Shown here: piece after piece, positions 11,615 to 24,259 of the stretch | Layout of the letters: each line of letters starts with the position of its first letter | Position numbering within the stretch: position 1 is the first letter of the stretch | Origin: Octopus vulgaris | Lineage: Eukaryota | Reading direction: 5' to 3' | Length of the DNA stretch: 64,000 nt | Assembly: GCA_951406725.2 (NCBI GenBank) | Contig: OX597814.1 | Span: 52,824,001 to 52,888,000, forward strand | The notes under the pieces: model-generated | Seen by the model: the letters and a program-made list of their open reading frames with translations, nothing else | What the model was told of the DNA's origin: nothing | Databases searched by the model: none | Made by a program: the position numbers and the translations under genes

Positions 11615-11786
11615 CTACTGCTTCTTAATTATGAGAAACAAAATAGAGCCTAGAATGCTGATACTCTGAATTTCTCTCCTGCTACAACTGTTGACTCGCA
11701 ATGGAACACTAACATCATCAACCTCATCTGTTTCTGAAGGTCTAAGTATAAAAGCCTCTGACACAGTTTGTTCCTTGAAACTAATT
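11615..11786 (-). CDS. Candidate terminal coding exon of an unidentified gene
   Basis: Acceptor ttttttatag; 57 codons ISFKEQTVSEAFILRPSETDEVDDVSVPLRVNSCSRREIQSISILGSILFLIIKKQ*. Phase compatible with candidate exon 15978-16067. No homolog recognised. Confidence 0.3.
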
Positions 11787-12629
11787 CTATAAAAAATTAA
11801 CAGAAATTACACAAGGCAGATGTTGGTTTATTGAAGATTTGTAAACCATATTACACAAAAGCTGCCAAGGACATGTTGAATATATACTGTAAATGGCTAC
11901 AATGGCTTTATAGAAAACTGTCTTGACAACATCTTTGATGCAGTGATAATTATATTAATGATCTATAACATTTTGGTGAAGAATACAATTATATTGACTC
12001 CTAACTCTAAAATGTAAAGGCGACTCCTGTGGAACTTGAGCTTAAATTGTTGAGGGACACATCTCAGTACTGATAGAAACTTAGTTCAAAGCTCTGCATT
12101 TTCAGCTGCTTGTATGATAAAGATCTCCTGATCTGAAAGGTACTTTAAGAGTTTGTATTATGAAATAGTTTTATAGCTTAAATGAATAAAAGATAAATAT
12201 TTCTTTAACTACAACATTAGTTTGACTCAAGTAATATCCTCCGGATGATCTGATTTTATTTTATGGAAGCTATGAACTGTGACATGTAGAATCAAATTTA
12301 TTGCTCAAATACAAAATGAAATGTCTGCATTACAAATGAACACAAAATATATGTACTGGTGGTCCAATACTTTATTCACTTTTTCTTCTATAGCATCTTT
12401 ATTGCTGAGTGGTGACTGTGTGTTATAACAAATACACATGCATCATTCTTTGTATACAAAAAATGATACATATATATTTGATATGGTACACACCAACCAT
12501 GCACCACTTCCAGTTTCTTGGCTTTTATTGGAACCTGCTGTGTTACACAGTACTCAGTAACTATAAACAAAATTAGCTAAATGTCAGTGGATCATACCTT
12601 ATCATTTGACTAACTTAATATGCCAATGA

Positions 12630-12860
12630 CACATAAAAGGACCCATGATAGTGACATGTTAAAGGTACCCATGCCAGTGACATGTTAAAGTCACCTGGTA
12701 CATTCTGTGAAGTGGTTGGCATTAGGAAGGGCATCCAGCCATAGAAACCAAATCAAAACAGACTGGAGCCTGGTGCATTTCTCTGGCTTATGAGTTTTAG
12801 TCAAACTGTCTAACCCATGCCAGTACGGAAGACAGATGCTAAATGATGATGATGATGATG
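12630..12860 (+). mobile_element. RTE 3'-tail copy
   Basis: GGTTGGCATTAGGAAGGGCATCCAGC...(GAT)n. Confidence 0.8.
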
Positions 12861-14359
12861 AAGCTGACATAACTTAATATGCACCATAATTAGTTGGCCA
12901 AACCATTAGTTCCAGGTTAATGCTGACCTGGAGTTAAGTAGCAACAACAAATTAATTCAAGAACTGGTGGAGATGGTGATACCTCAGTGTGGTTGCAATC
13001 CAATGACTGAAGCAAGTAAAAGGTTAAAGATATGGGATATATGGCAATGACACTAGAGCTATTATCTCACTGAAGCACCTAGTGAATGCTGTAAAGTGGT
13101 TGGCAAATGAGTGACAAAATCCTTTAGTTTTATTGAGAATATAACTTCTTTAGTGATGATATCATGGCATAAAGCACAAAGTACACTCCGTAAGGTTGTT
13201 GATAAGGAGAGCAACTAGCTGGAGAAATCAAACCACCAAAAATGAAATTTATGAGCTGGATTTAGACTTCCAGTTTTTCTAGAAGGATAATACTCCTGAA
13301 TAAAAACTGATTTGAACCATGATTACCTGTCCAACTCCACTTTCATGGAAAATGGATGTCAAATGATGATGAAGGGGAGGATAAGGAGGAGGAAGAAAAT
13401 TATTGCAACAATACATTTTGAATTTTCCCAGTACCCCTTCTTCCATCCCATCTTCTCCCTGCCCATGAACTCTTCTGGAAATACACCTCTGATACTCTGA
13501 TATCTAACCGCTTTCTTTTTCTTTTTCTTACTCTTTGCTGTTTCTCTTCTTTTTTCTCTCCCTTAATTTCTCTTTTCTTTTTCTTTCTTTCTCACTTACC
13601 ATTTTTTTACATTTTCGTAATGAAAACACATCATCATCATCATCATTGTTTTAGCATTTATTTTATTCTTTATTACACAGAGGGGTTTGATGAGCTTGTA
13701 TGTTTTAAGGGCGAAGAAACATTTTGGAAGTATAAAGTTAACTTTTCTAGCCAGGAATTGAAGCTAAGTCAGAGACTCAGCAAAGAATTTAACCACCTCA
13801 CACCACTAAATATTGAATTAATGCTAAAATCTTAAGAATAAATTTTTGATCTGTTCTTAGAGAAGTCTATTGACAGAATTATTAAAGAAATCTTTCAATA
13901 TTATAAAACTCATCAAATGGAATAAAGAAAATAAATCAAGAACACACGAATAAAATAAAATAAAACAAATTAAAGGGGAAAATGAAAGCTGGTATCAAAA
14001 TAGATTTAACAGAATATTTTTCTTCAAATTTATTTTAATTTCTCAGGAAATCTTCAAAATTTCTGATTGAATAGAAATTTGATGTACTGTTATTTTCTTT
14101 CTCTTTCCCCCTACTTCTATCTCTCTCTTTTTAGCCTCTCGTGTGTCTGTGTGTGTGTGTGTGTGTGTGCATATACAGGTGCATACACACACACACACAC
14201 ACAAATTCTCTCCCTTCTCTTGTATTTTGCCTTTCTGTTTTCTTTTTCTTCCTTTCATTTTTTCATTCTTTTGTATCTCTCTCTCTCTCCCTTTTTTTTT
14301 CCCTTTTTCCTTCTTTCCTCTTTCTCATTCATCTTAAGAATACCAATAAGAGTAAAAAT

Positions 14360-14690
14360 AGCAGCAGCAGCAGCAACAATAATTAGGAGAGTAGAAGCAT
14401 TGTACCATTACCACCATCACCATCACCACCATCACTTATACCACTAGACAACCACCACCACCACAACCACGACGATGACGACGACGACCACCACCACCAG
14501 TGTCATTGCTGATACCACCACTGTTGCCCATTACTGCCATCACCATCACCATCACCACCACTGGTGTCACTATCTCTGCTACCGCCCACTACTGTTGCTG
14601 CTATCTCTCCTGCCATCATCACCATCACTACCACAGTCACCACCACCACCAGCTACTACTACTACTACTACAACTACTACTCTGGCATTG
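14360..14690. repeat. Compound trinucleotide low-complexity block (CAG/CAC/CAT/CTA)
   Basis: Directly visible. Confidence 0.9.
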
Positions 14691-15977
14691 AGTATCAACA
14701 AGAAATTCTATTTGAGTACAGACCAAAAGTGAGAAAGATGTAGAGAATAGTGAAGATGCTATGACTGAGGAAGAATATCAATTTAGAAACTACAGAACAA
14801 TTCATGAAAAAAAAAAAGAAAAGAAAAAAAATAATCTGCCACAGGAAATAATTACAGAACCTATATTTTGAGATGAAAATACACAGAATACAAAAATAAA
14901 ATCCTTTCCTGAAAATACTTATTTAGAGGTAAAAAATTAAAAATTAGACAAATATTTCACAAAATTTCTATATTGATGACCATTCCATACGAACAGTGAC
15001 CTCAAAATACTGAAAGGATGTGAAACAGCTTTGAGCAGAACAGAAACATTGAAGTTATTGAAAATCAACTGGGAAGGAAAGGGAAATGGAATGTTGTGAT
15101 GTTCATACTGTAGTCATTGATAGTGATGATTATGATGATTATGATGATTATGATGATGATGATGATGATAGTGGTGGTGGTGGGGATGGTAACAAATATG
15201 TTGTGATGTTTTTCTTTTGTTTGACTGTTTGCTGGTTTGTTTTTTTAATCTCTACTTTTTTTCCATGCTGGCATGGGTTGGACAAGGATGTGTTGCAAGT
15301 AGGACTTTATGGCCAGATGCTCTTCCTATCACCTACCCTTAACAGTTTTTCAATTAAGGGATATTTTTTTTTGTTTTTATTCCACAAGTTTTTTTGAAAA
15401 ATCAGAGTTACAGGTCATAGTGCCAAAAAGAAATCTTAAACATCATTCAGTGTTTTGCTCAGACAACATTATGAGATGTCAGCAGTCATGTACTTTTGCA
15501 TACACACACATACTTACATGAACATAAGCACACACACAGACACAGTGCATGCACACACACACACGCACACACACACACACACACACACAACATATACTCA
15601 ATGGGCTTCCTGTAACTTCCATCTACCAGATTTCCTCACAAGACATTGGTTGGCTTACAGTTATTTTACAAGACATTTGCTCAAGGTGCTATGCAATAGA
15701 ACTTAGGCCAAAACCGAGTGGTTGTCAAGTGAACTTCTTAACTACACAATCATGCCTAGCATAAATGATGTGATGGGAATAGGCTTTAATTGGGAATTAA
15801 AATCATATTCAAATTAATCAAGACTTTGGGGAGGATATGAGCTGAGCATGGCAAGTTAACTAAATGCTTGTAAATAAAAAAAATTTAAATTCATTCCATG
15901 CAAGAACATTATCCAGGTGTCTGTATAGTAAATTATTGAACTTCTTATTCTACTCATTTGTTATCAGAGAAACTTAC

Positions 15978-16067
15978 CCCCCAAAACGAGTAACAGTTTG
16001 ATTTCTAGTAAGGGCCGACCTTACTGTCATTAGCATATTGGACATATAGCAGGAATATTGGCAGAGT
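15978..16067 (-). CDS. Candidate 90-nt internal exon
   Basis: ttttag acceptor and GTAAGT donor; only one frame is open (LCQYSCYMSNMLMTVRSALTRNQTVTRFG). Confidence 0.3.
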
Positions 16068-17129
16068 CTAAAACATCAATTCACTGTCTAGGAATCAAAC
16101 TTGAATCACTGACAAGGTTTGGTGATGCCAACAAGTGACCAAGCCATTCAAATTTATGATAAGCACACTAAGAATTTGTTTCTATTTTATTAGTAGCTAG
16201 TTTGACCAGTGAAAAGAAAAAAAGAACAATAGAACTAACAGATGTTTAACTCATATGAAATCCATTTGTTGTAAACAAGCATCCTTTTGAACAAACAGCA
16301 TATTGAAATCTCATTAAACATTTCTTCTTTGATGCCTTTTCTTTGTCGGATATTGGCCATATATAGATGGTGCACCTACTAGCTTGTAAGTGATCATGGC
16401 ACAGTTTAAGACAGCTTGCTGCAGGAATTTATACTACTCAACTTTGGTTATGGAATGTGATAACAACAATTGTAGTTGTATGCAGTCAAGACCAATGGCT
16501 GCAGGAATTTATGCCACTCAACTTTGGCTACAGAATTCAACAACTTTTGTTCACTCAACAACAGCTATTGTCATTTGTAACACATGTCTCACATGAATTG
16601 CTTCACATGATGTAAATATTTCTTCTCTGTTGTTTGTCATGACAACATTTTTTGTTAACGATAATAAATATTTTGCATTTGGAACTTCGCACAAACTATT
16701 GTTATTCCATCTATCAATCAATCCAAAATATTCTATTGTTATTGATATAATAACGATAAGCGACAATTGGATGCTTGCTGGGCACTGGAATACTCTATAA
16801 AGCAGTTGCACCTCAATTGGCTTTCTTATATGCAAGCATGCTGTCTGGTTTGATGAAAATGATGTAAAGATAGAACAGCTGCTTTCTGAAAGGCAAAAGT
16901 ACATCTAGCTGTTCTCAATTGGATGGAGTGCACAGCAAGCAACCAGCTAAATTAAAGCTGTGAATACTTTGTTACAAAAAAACAAAGACAAAAAAAACAA
17001 CAGCTGCATTTTAAAAACTTTTGATGATTTTTCACAATGTGAAGGCCCTCTATTCTAGTCTGAGATAATTATACACCCCTCAGAAAAGTGGTAGAATACC
17101 AACGAGGTATAAGGATGACTCACATCCAT

Positions 17130-19000
17130 TCATTAAGAAAAGTGTCATCCTGATGCACTGGTGGGAACATTTTAGTGACATACTAAACTGATCTTCAACA
17201 ATTTCTAGTGAGGTTCTTGAATGTATTGAACAATTTTCAGAAGATACCAATTTAAATCTGCTGCTGAATATGGAGGAGCTGGTAACTACCATCAGCAAGG
17301 CAAAATGCAGGAAACCTCTTGTGTTGACAACATCCCAAGAGAAGTCTATAAGTATGGTGAGAAGGAATTGTGTAATAGACCTCCCCAATTTTTCAGAGAA
17401 TGTTGGTAATGTGGTAACCTACACCAGTAACTCAAGGATTCTCAAACATTTACAAATGAGATGGAGACTGACAGAACTTGAAATTACCAAAGAATTCCCT
17501 TTCTTTTAATTGCATGGAATATTTATGCACAAATTTTGCTCAAGCAGTTGCCAAAATATCCAAATAAATTCTTCCTAAAAGTCAAGATAGAGTTCATGTG
17601 TCTTGAAGCACCAATAATAATGATTTCCATCTTGTAACAAATTCACTTTATACCATGTTCATTGACTTAGTGAAAGCTTTTAACAGAATGTGAAGAAAAG
17701 GTACAGGCATAGCTGTGTGGTAAGAATCTTGCTTCCCGAGCACATGATTCCAGGTTCAGTTCCACTGCGGGGTACCTTGGGCAAATGTCTTCTACTATAG
17801 CCTTGGGCTGACCAAAGCCTTGTGAATGAATTTGGTTGATAGAAACTGAAAGAAGCCCATTGTACATGTATGTATATATATATACATACATACATACATA
17901 CATACATGTATATATATAATATATAAATATATATCTGTGTGTGTGTGTGTGTGTGTTTATGTCTGTGTTTGTTCTCCCATCACCACTTGATAATTGGTGT
18001 TGGTGTGTTTATGTTCCCATAACTTAGCAGTTCAGCAAAAGAGACTGATAGAATAAGTACTAGGCTTAAAAATAAAAGTAAGTCCAGGGGTTGACTTGTT
18101 TGACCAAAACCCTTTAAAGTAGTGCTCCAGCATGGCTGCAGTCAAATGACTGAAACAAGTAAAAGAATAAAAGAATAAAAAAAAGCTCAAAAGATATGGT
18201 TTTCTGGACAAATTTGTGGAAATAGTCAAGCAGTTTTCCATGATGGTATGTCTGCTACAATCTTTTTTAAGAGTGACAACTCAGCTTCCTTTGAGCAAAG
18301 CAGGCTATATACACCTGTATTTGCATTTTCCTGGATGCTGTGCTTGAAAGGATAGCAAGTGAGCTCACAGGTAGTGTGAATATCTACTCAAGAATGGCTG
18401 TGAAGTTGTTGAACCCCTCTTGGATAAGACCTGCTAGGAAGTGCTGTGAGATGTGTATTCATAAATTTCTCTTTACTGAAGATTCAACACCAGCGAGCCA
18501 TATTTTGGAAGATATATACAGAAAATTACACATGAATTTGAATGTACATTGTTAGCTTTTGACCTCTCAATAAATGTAAAAATTACTGTTACTGAAACAA
18601 GAGTGCTGGAGCATAAAATTGTGAATTATCATCAAGACTGAATTATCCTCTGTAAGTGTGATGAAAAGGATCATATATTTGGGCTGTACAATTTTTTTTG
18701 TCTGATGTCAACAGCTTGAATGTAAAGGTGGCTCACCATACATAGTCAGCAGCAGTCATCTTTTGGAAGATCAATGATCAAATGTGGAAGCAACAAAGCA
18801 TAAAACTAAAAAAAATATTGAGTGTACTGAGTTCTAATATTACCTTTTTTGCTGTAATCTACTAAGACCTACACATTGTGTTGTCAACATCAAAAATCTG
18901 ATGAGCTGCCTGTTATGTGAGCTTTGATCTATAATGAACATTTCCTGACAAGACTACATCTCCAACCAGTAAGCCCTGCAGTATGCAAGTATCTTTATCT
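17130..19000 (+). mobile_element. Old BovB-like RTE LINE remnant interrupted by a SINE
   Basis: Broken frames WWEHFSDILN...EELVTTISKAK, KFVEIVKQF-HDGM and FLFTED (decayed FADD). Confidence 0.7.
17704..18190 (+). mobile_element. SINE family A, full structure (head, microsatellite, tail)
   Basis: A/B boxes, internal (TA)/(TG)n and AAAAGAAT tail repeats. Confidence 0.9.
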
Positions 19001-19209
19001 GCCGGCAGGTTATACTTGATTGCAAGTGACAACCAAAAATATCTGATTCTCTTAGAATAATTTTCAACAAGTAAAATGAAGAGTTTGAACATACAAAATA
19101 GTAACTTTAAGTCTTTTGCTAGTTACTCTTGGTATATATCCATATATGTAAAACCCTGATATCCACACCAGTAGCTTCTCTGGGAGCTTTCTATTTTGCA
19201 TCCAACCTG

Positions 19210-19720
19210 AGACCGGCCTTGAAGTGCAGACTCATCTTCCCCGAGGAGGTAGTAGTAACATCACTCTGACCAGACATGTTCCTGCCCCCTAGTGGTGCAA
19301 AAAACAATCATTATGTTTGAACTTACAGTGCTTGGAAAACAGATTTAACATTTTTAAAGGTCTAAAGAAGATCAAATATCAGGACTTGGTCAATGAAGTC
19401 CTTATTAAGAGATAGCATTCAGCCTCATTCCCTATTGGAGTTTGTGCCTGTGATTTTATAGCTTGGTCGGTGCAGTATTTCCTGCAGAAGATTAGTCTGG
19501 AGCCCAAACAACAGAAGAAAGCCAGCAAGGCAATAGATATGGCAGCTGAAACCAACTCAAGGTGACAGTGGTTGATAAGAGACCACAGGTGTATCCCTTC
19601 CAAATGTGCAGACTAATTCATTCCTTGTTGCCTCACCCAAGCAAAGTGTACAGGCTAAGGGGTGAAATGCTTGTGATCCTGAGATACCTCGAGATGATAC
19701 CGAATGGTTTCCCATATTAC
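19210..19720 (+). mobile_element. 3' end of an RLE-encoding (HERO/NeSL/R2-group) LINE, pseudogenised
   Basis: LIFPEEVVVTSL*PDM...KTIIMFELTV-W...KIKYQDLVNE...FPIGVCACDF...KKASKAIDMAAE...QWLIR matches the PD-(D/E)xK restriction-like endonuclease C-terminus. Confidence 0.8.
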
Positions 19721-19879
19721 AAAGGATTCAGAAGAAGAGCTTGCAATGTCTCTGAGTTGTGCTTACAGTTCTAGCATAGAGCAAAGCATCTCCAATGTTT
19801 ATATCACCTTATTTCAGCAACAGAAGCCACAAAGAAACATTAATTATAAAAAGATTGCTATTTGGAGAGAGTTGTGTTA

Positions 19880-20460
19880 ATCCGTAAATAGTGTAGTAAT
19901 GGTTTAAGAAATTTCACTATGGAGATGAGAACCTTCTGAATAAACCACATGAGAAACCAAAGTTTGCTATAAACAAAGAAGAGTTGAGAGAGCTGGTGAA
20001 AAGAGATTCTTGAGCAACAGTTTAACAACTTGAAGTAGACTTGAAAGCATATACTATGATTTTACTACCATTTGTATGACATTGAAAAAGAAGACAAGTT
20101 GGATAAATAATTCCACACGAACTGACTGACAATCAGAAATTGCTTAATACAGCTAATCTACTGTAATAATGACCCTTTTTTTTGCACCCTATCATTACTT
20201 TTGTAGAAGAATGTATATTGCTTGATAATAATAAACAATCTGGGCAATGGCTAGATGCAGGTGAAACTTTAAAAATTTCCTGAATTGATCGTTATACTTC
20301 ACAAAATTTATGGTAACTGTGTTATGGTTTGCAACAAGGGGGAATTAATCACTGCACACTCAATGCTATCAGGAAATTGAATAAATGTATAAATAAACTG
20401 AAATCCAGACAACTAAGATCAGTTAAAACTTGGAACTGCTTATGTAACTTAACATTCTTG
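19880..20460 (+). mobile_element. Degenerate mariner transposase remnant
   Basis: WFKKFHYGDENL..., KLDK*IPHELTDNQK (WVPHEL motif), IITFVEECILLDNNKQSGQWLD. Confidence 0.75.
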
Positions 20461-21148
20461 ACTCAAGAAGCCATAATTAAAACAATTTAGCTGTTCATAA
20501 ACTCGAAAGAAGTGTAATTTTTTTAAAAAACAAAGATATCTAATTTAACATGTTGACAAAAATGAAAAAAAAAAAATAATAGCACAATAGATCATGATAA
20601 AAAATACTGGAACGTTATTTTCATTAAATAAATTTGATTCATTTTGTTTACTTTTTGGTAAAAAAACATTTAATGTATTATACCCTAATATGTGTGTGTG
20701 TGAATGTGTCATGTGCATGTATGTGTATGTATGCATGTAAGTGTGTGCTTGTGTGCTTGCGTGTGTGTGAGCGCGTGCATTTGTGTGTGTGTTTTTGTTG
20801 TGTGTGTGTGTATCTTTTTGCTTGTTTGTATCTTTTGCTGATGTATATAACTGAATGATGTAACCAGCAGCTATAAAATTGAAATACTGATGTTTTCAAA
20901 AATAATACACTGTGAGATATTTGCTCCACACTGAGTTGTGACAGACTCCTTCTCATTCTTACAGTCATAATTAAGGTGAACCAGTGAACCTAATATTTAT
21001 CAAAACTAGTAAAAATAAATAAATAAACAAGCACAAGAAGAAAATTCCTGCAGTAACTTTGAACTCCCAATCTACAAGCAGCAACTAATCTAACACTATA
21101 TTTTTCATCTCTATCCTCCTTCACCATATGGAGAACACTGTTATTTAA

Positions 21149-21337
21149 CCCTTTCGTTACTGTATTTATTTTGAGATGCTCTGTGTTTCTTTCAATTACT
21201 TTAAATATATCAAAGAATTTAGTAAAATAACCTAGTTATCATTCAGCTAATGTTAGGAACATAAATTATGTAAGATTTTAATTCAAAACATATGAAACAA
21301 GACATTTATACTCAGAGCCAGAGCCGGTTAGAAAGGG
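21149..21337. mobile_element. TTAA-flanked piggyBac-type MITE
   Basis: TTAA-CCCTTTC...GAAAGGG-TTAA. Confidence 0.8.
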
Positions 21338-21367
21338 TTAAGTAACATTTACTTTAATAAACTAATA

Positions 21368-21520
21368 GCTGCGTGGTTAGAAGTTTGCTTCCTAACCACT
21401 TGGTTCTATGTTCAATCCCACTGTGTGGCACTTTGGGCAAATGTCTTCTATGATAGTCACCGGCTGACCAAAGCCTTCTGAGTGGATTTGGTAGACAGAA
21501 ACTGGAAGAAGCCTGTCATC
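21368..21520 (+). mobile_element. SINE family A head (a tail lies at ~22545-22735)
   Basis: GCTGCGTGGTTAG...GTTCAATCCCACTGTGTGGCACTTTGGGCAAATG. Confidence 0.75.
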
Positions 21521-21559
21521 TACTATAATAATACTCTTGTGTATTTCTCTGTCACAACA

Positions 21560-21920
21560 TATGAATGAGAAAGGAAGGGGTGATGGCAAACTTGGTAGTG
21601 GGATAATGGAAGTTCTATGGTGAAAAAAAAATCAGTGTTTCAACTCTGCGTCAGTATATATGTGTGTGTGTATGTAAAAGGGAGTCATGTGAATGTTTGT
21701 GTGTGTGTGTGTGTGTGCAATGGAAGTGGGATGGTGAAAATTCAATGCTGAAAAGAAAAATCAAACCATGTTTCAACTCTGTGGGTATATGTGTGTGTGT
21801 GTACAAGGGAAGTATGTGAATGTTTGTATCTGTGATTATTATGTACCTTATTTTATACCTTATTTATATATATAAAATACTACAATTAGCTGTCAATTTT
21901 GACAGCATGGGGCCAGCTAG
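21560..21920 (+). mobile_element. Non-autonomous Helitron 3' portion
   Basis: Hairpin GCTGTCAA-TT-TTGACAGC (21889-21906) then CTAG|T at 21917-21921; internal imperfect duplication. Confidence 0.55.
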
Positions 21921-21933
21921 TATATATATATAT

Positions 21934-22163
21934 ATCTGTAAAATAATATGTGACAATTATTCGGTAACCAAGATAAAACTGAGTTTCGGATGCTGAGGTG
22001 GAAATCCACACCATCTCTTCGGTTATCTAGCCATCTCGGCATCCGAAACTCAGAGTTTTATCTTGGCTACCGAATAATTGTCACATATTATTTTACAGAT
22101 AAATTTCCTCTATTTACATAATATTGAGGTCTCTTTCTTTTGTTATCTTACCGTTTTTACCAA
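21934..22163 (+). mobile_element. Short PLE end with inverted repeat, inserted in (TA)n
   Basis: Arms 21934-21993 and 22039-22100 are reverse complements; unique 3' extension; hammerhead-like fold on the minus strand at 21971-22028; second copy at 29667. Confidence 0.65.
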
Positions 22164-22476
22164 TATATATATATATATATAATGATAGTCTCTTGAGTCT
22201 GAGAGAGATAATTCTGCAATTTCTTGCTGAACAACATGCACAATGATTTGTTTGTAGTGATCAAATGTATGAATTGCATATTACATCAGTCCCTCCTTCA
22301 AATCAACATTGCCTGTACAGGTGCACAGTAGGTCACACATCAGATGTTGAAGTGATCGCAGAGCAATGTACAATGAAATGTTTTGCTGATGAACACAACC
22401 ACCTGCCTGGTCCAGGAATTGAACCCATGATCTCATGATTGCGAATGCAACACCTTAGCAATTTGGCCACATGCCC

Positions 22477-22512
<36 letters not shown>

Positions 22513-22759
22513 GCACGCATGTATATATATGTATGTGTACCTGTCTTTATGTTTGTGTTTGTCCCCCATCACCACTTGACAACTGCTGCTGGTTCGCTTA
22601 CATCCCCACAACTTAGCAGTTCAGGCTTAAAAGAAAAAAGTACTGGGGTTGACTTGTTGGATGAAACACATCAAAGCAATGCCCTGGCATTGCCACTGTC
22701 CAATGACTGAAACAAGTAAAAGATAAAAGATAAAACATTAACTTCATCCTTATATAATC

Positions 22760-22955
22760 CTTTCTACTATAGGCACTAGGCCTGAAATTTGAAGAGGGGA
22801 ATTAGTCAATTACATTGACACCAGTACGCAACTGTACTTAATTTATTGACTCTGAAACGATGAAAGGCAAAGCTGACTTTGGCAGAATTTGAACTCAAAA
22901 TGCAAAGATGTACAAAATACCGCTAAGCATTTTGCCCAGTGTGCTAACGATTTTG
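22760..22955 (-). mobile_element. SINE family C
   Basis: Reverse complement of ATCGTTAGCAC...GAGTTCAAATTC...GCCTTTCATC. Other copies at ~26930-27160, 28890-29285, 36595-36810, 37235-37430, 46050-46265 and 47805-48020. Confidence 0.8.
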
Positions 22956-22992
22956 AAAAACAAAAAAAAGGCAAGGCTAATAATAAATAACA

Positions 22993-23330
22993 AGACGCAG
23001 GAGTGGCTGTGTGACAGGTAGCTTGCTTACCAACCACATGGTTCTGGGTTCAGTCTCACTGCATGGCATCTTGGGCTGAAAAGCCAGGAGGCAGCACCAG
23101 GCTCCATTCTGATCTGGCAAGGTTTCTACAGCTGGATGCCCTTCCTAACGCCAACCACCCGAAGAGTGTAGTGGGTGCTTTTTACATTCCACAGGCACAG
23201 GAGCCATTCAGGGCGGGAGTGGGCACTGGCATCGACCTCATTCGGATGGTGCTTTTTATGTGCCACCAGCATGAGGAGTCAGTCAGGTGACACTGGCATT
23301 GACCCATGCATGAATGGCGCTTATTGTGTG
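22993..23330. mobile_element. SINE A head fragment fused to an RTE 3'UTR fragment
   Basis: GACGCAGGAGTGGCTGTG...GGTTCAGTC, then GCACCAGGCTCC...GGATGCCCTTCCTAACGCCAACC. Confidence 0.75.
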
Positions 23331-23483
23331 TCAGAATATAAGTAAAAAAGAACAACCAGCAACAGTATAGCAGCAGTGGGCGAAATATGGCAAAGCATTT
23401 CATCTAGTGTGATAAAGATTCTGCCAGCTCACAGCCTTAACTTCATCCTAATATAATGATCAGCACAACATGTTTGAATATTG

Positions 23484-23776
23484 TTCCTTCTCGAGCCACG
23501 TCTGGCTCATAAGGGCTGGTTTCCCAGTTTCCTTGGCATATAGGTTCCCCACCTGGATGGGATGCTGGTCCGTCGCAGGTGAGCTGCAAGATGCAGGAGG
23601 AAAGAGTCAGAGAAAGTTGTAGCGAAAGAGTTAGCAGAAGTTCGCCATTACTTTCTGCCGGAGCCGCATGGAGCTTAGGTGTTTCTCTCATAAACACACA
23701 TTGCTTGGTCTGAGATTCGAACTCGCGATCCCTCGACTGCGAGTCCGCTGCTCTAACCACTAGGCCATGTGCCTCC
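23484..23776 (-). mobile_element. Intact tRNA-derived SINE (family D) with 16-bp TSD
   Basis: Minus strand GGAGGCACATGGCCTAGTGGTTAGAGCAGCGGACTCGCAGTCGAGGGATCGCGAGTTCGAATCTC (A and B boxes); TSD ACATGTTTGAATATTG at 23468-23483 and 23777-23792. Confidence 0.92.
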
Positions 23777-24259
23777 ACATGTTTGAATATTGACAGGGCA
23801 TAACTAAATGAACAGAGTTAACATAATATGAACTTGAATACCAAAGTAAGAGCAAAAATGAGAATAGTATTAAAAGCTTGTTAGAATCAAGCTGGAGAGA
23901 AACTACATTTGCAATGCGAAGACTTAAAACTGGAGGAAAATAGATAGCAGAAGCTTTAGAAAGTGCTACACATCTGGGTAATGGTTGTTGTTGTTGTTAT
24001 TAATGGTGTTGCTTTATTAAATTAATGTAATTATGAATGTTATTTAATAAGAAAAAAAAAGAATAAATAACAAACAAAATTAAATAAAAATTTCAAGTAA
24101 AGAAAGAAATGCAAAATGCAACAAAATGACAAGCTTTCTCTCTCTCTCTCCCCTCCCCTCCCCCTCCATCCCCCTCTCTCTGTCTCTCTCACTCACTCAA
24201 GTTTTTTATTTTTGTTGTGTTTATTCTACATATTTACTACTGGCCTTGTTAATGATAGC

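Noticed and set aside
18899-18935. CTGATGAG hammerhead-like start
   Set aside because: No paired stem II followed by GAAA; lies in a LINE remnant.
23700-23776. tRNA-like sequence
   Set aside because: No acceptor stem; it is the head of a TSD-flanked SINE.
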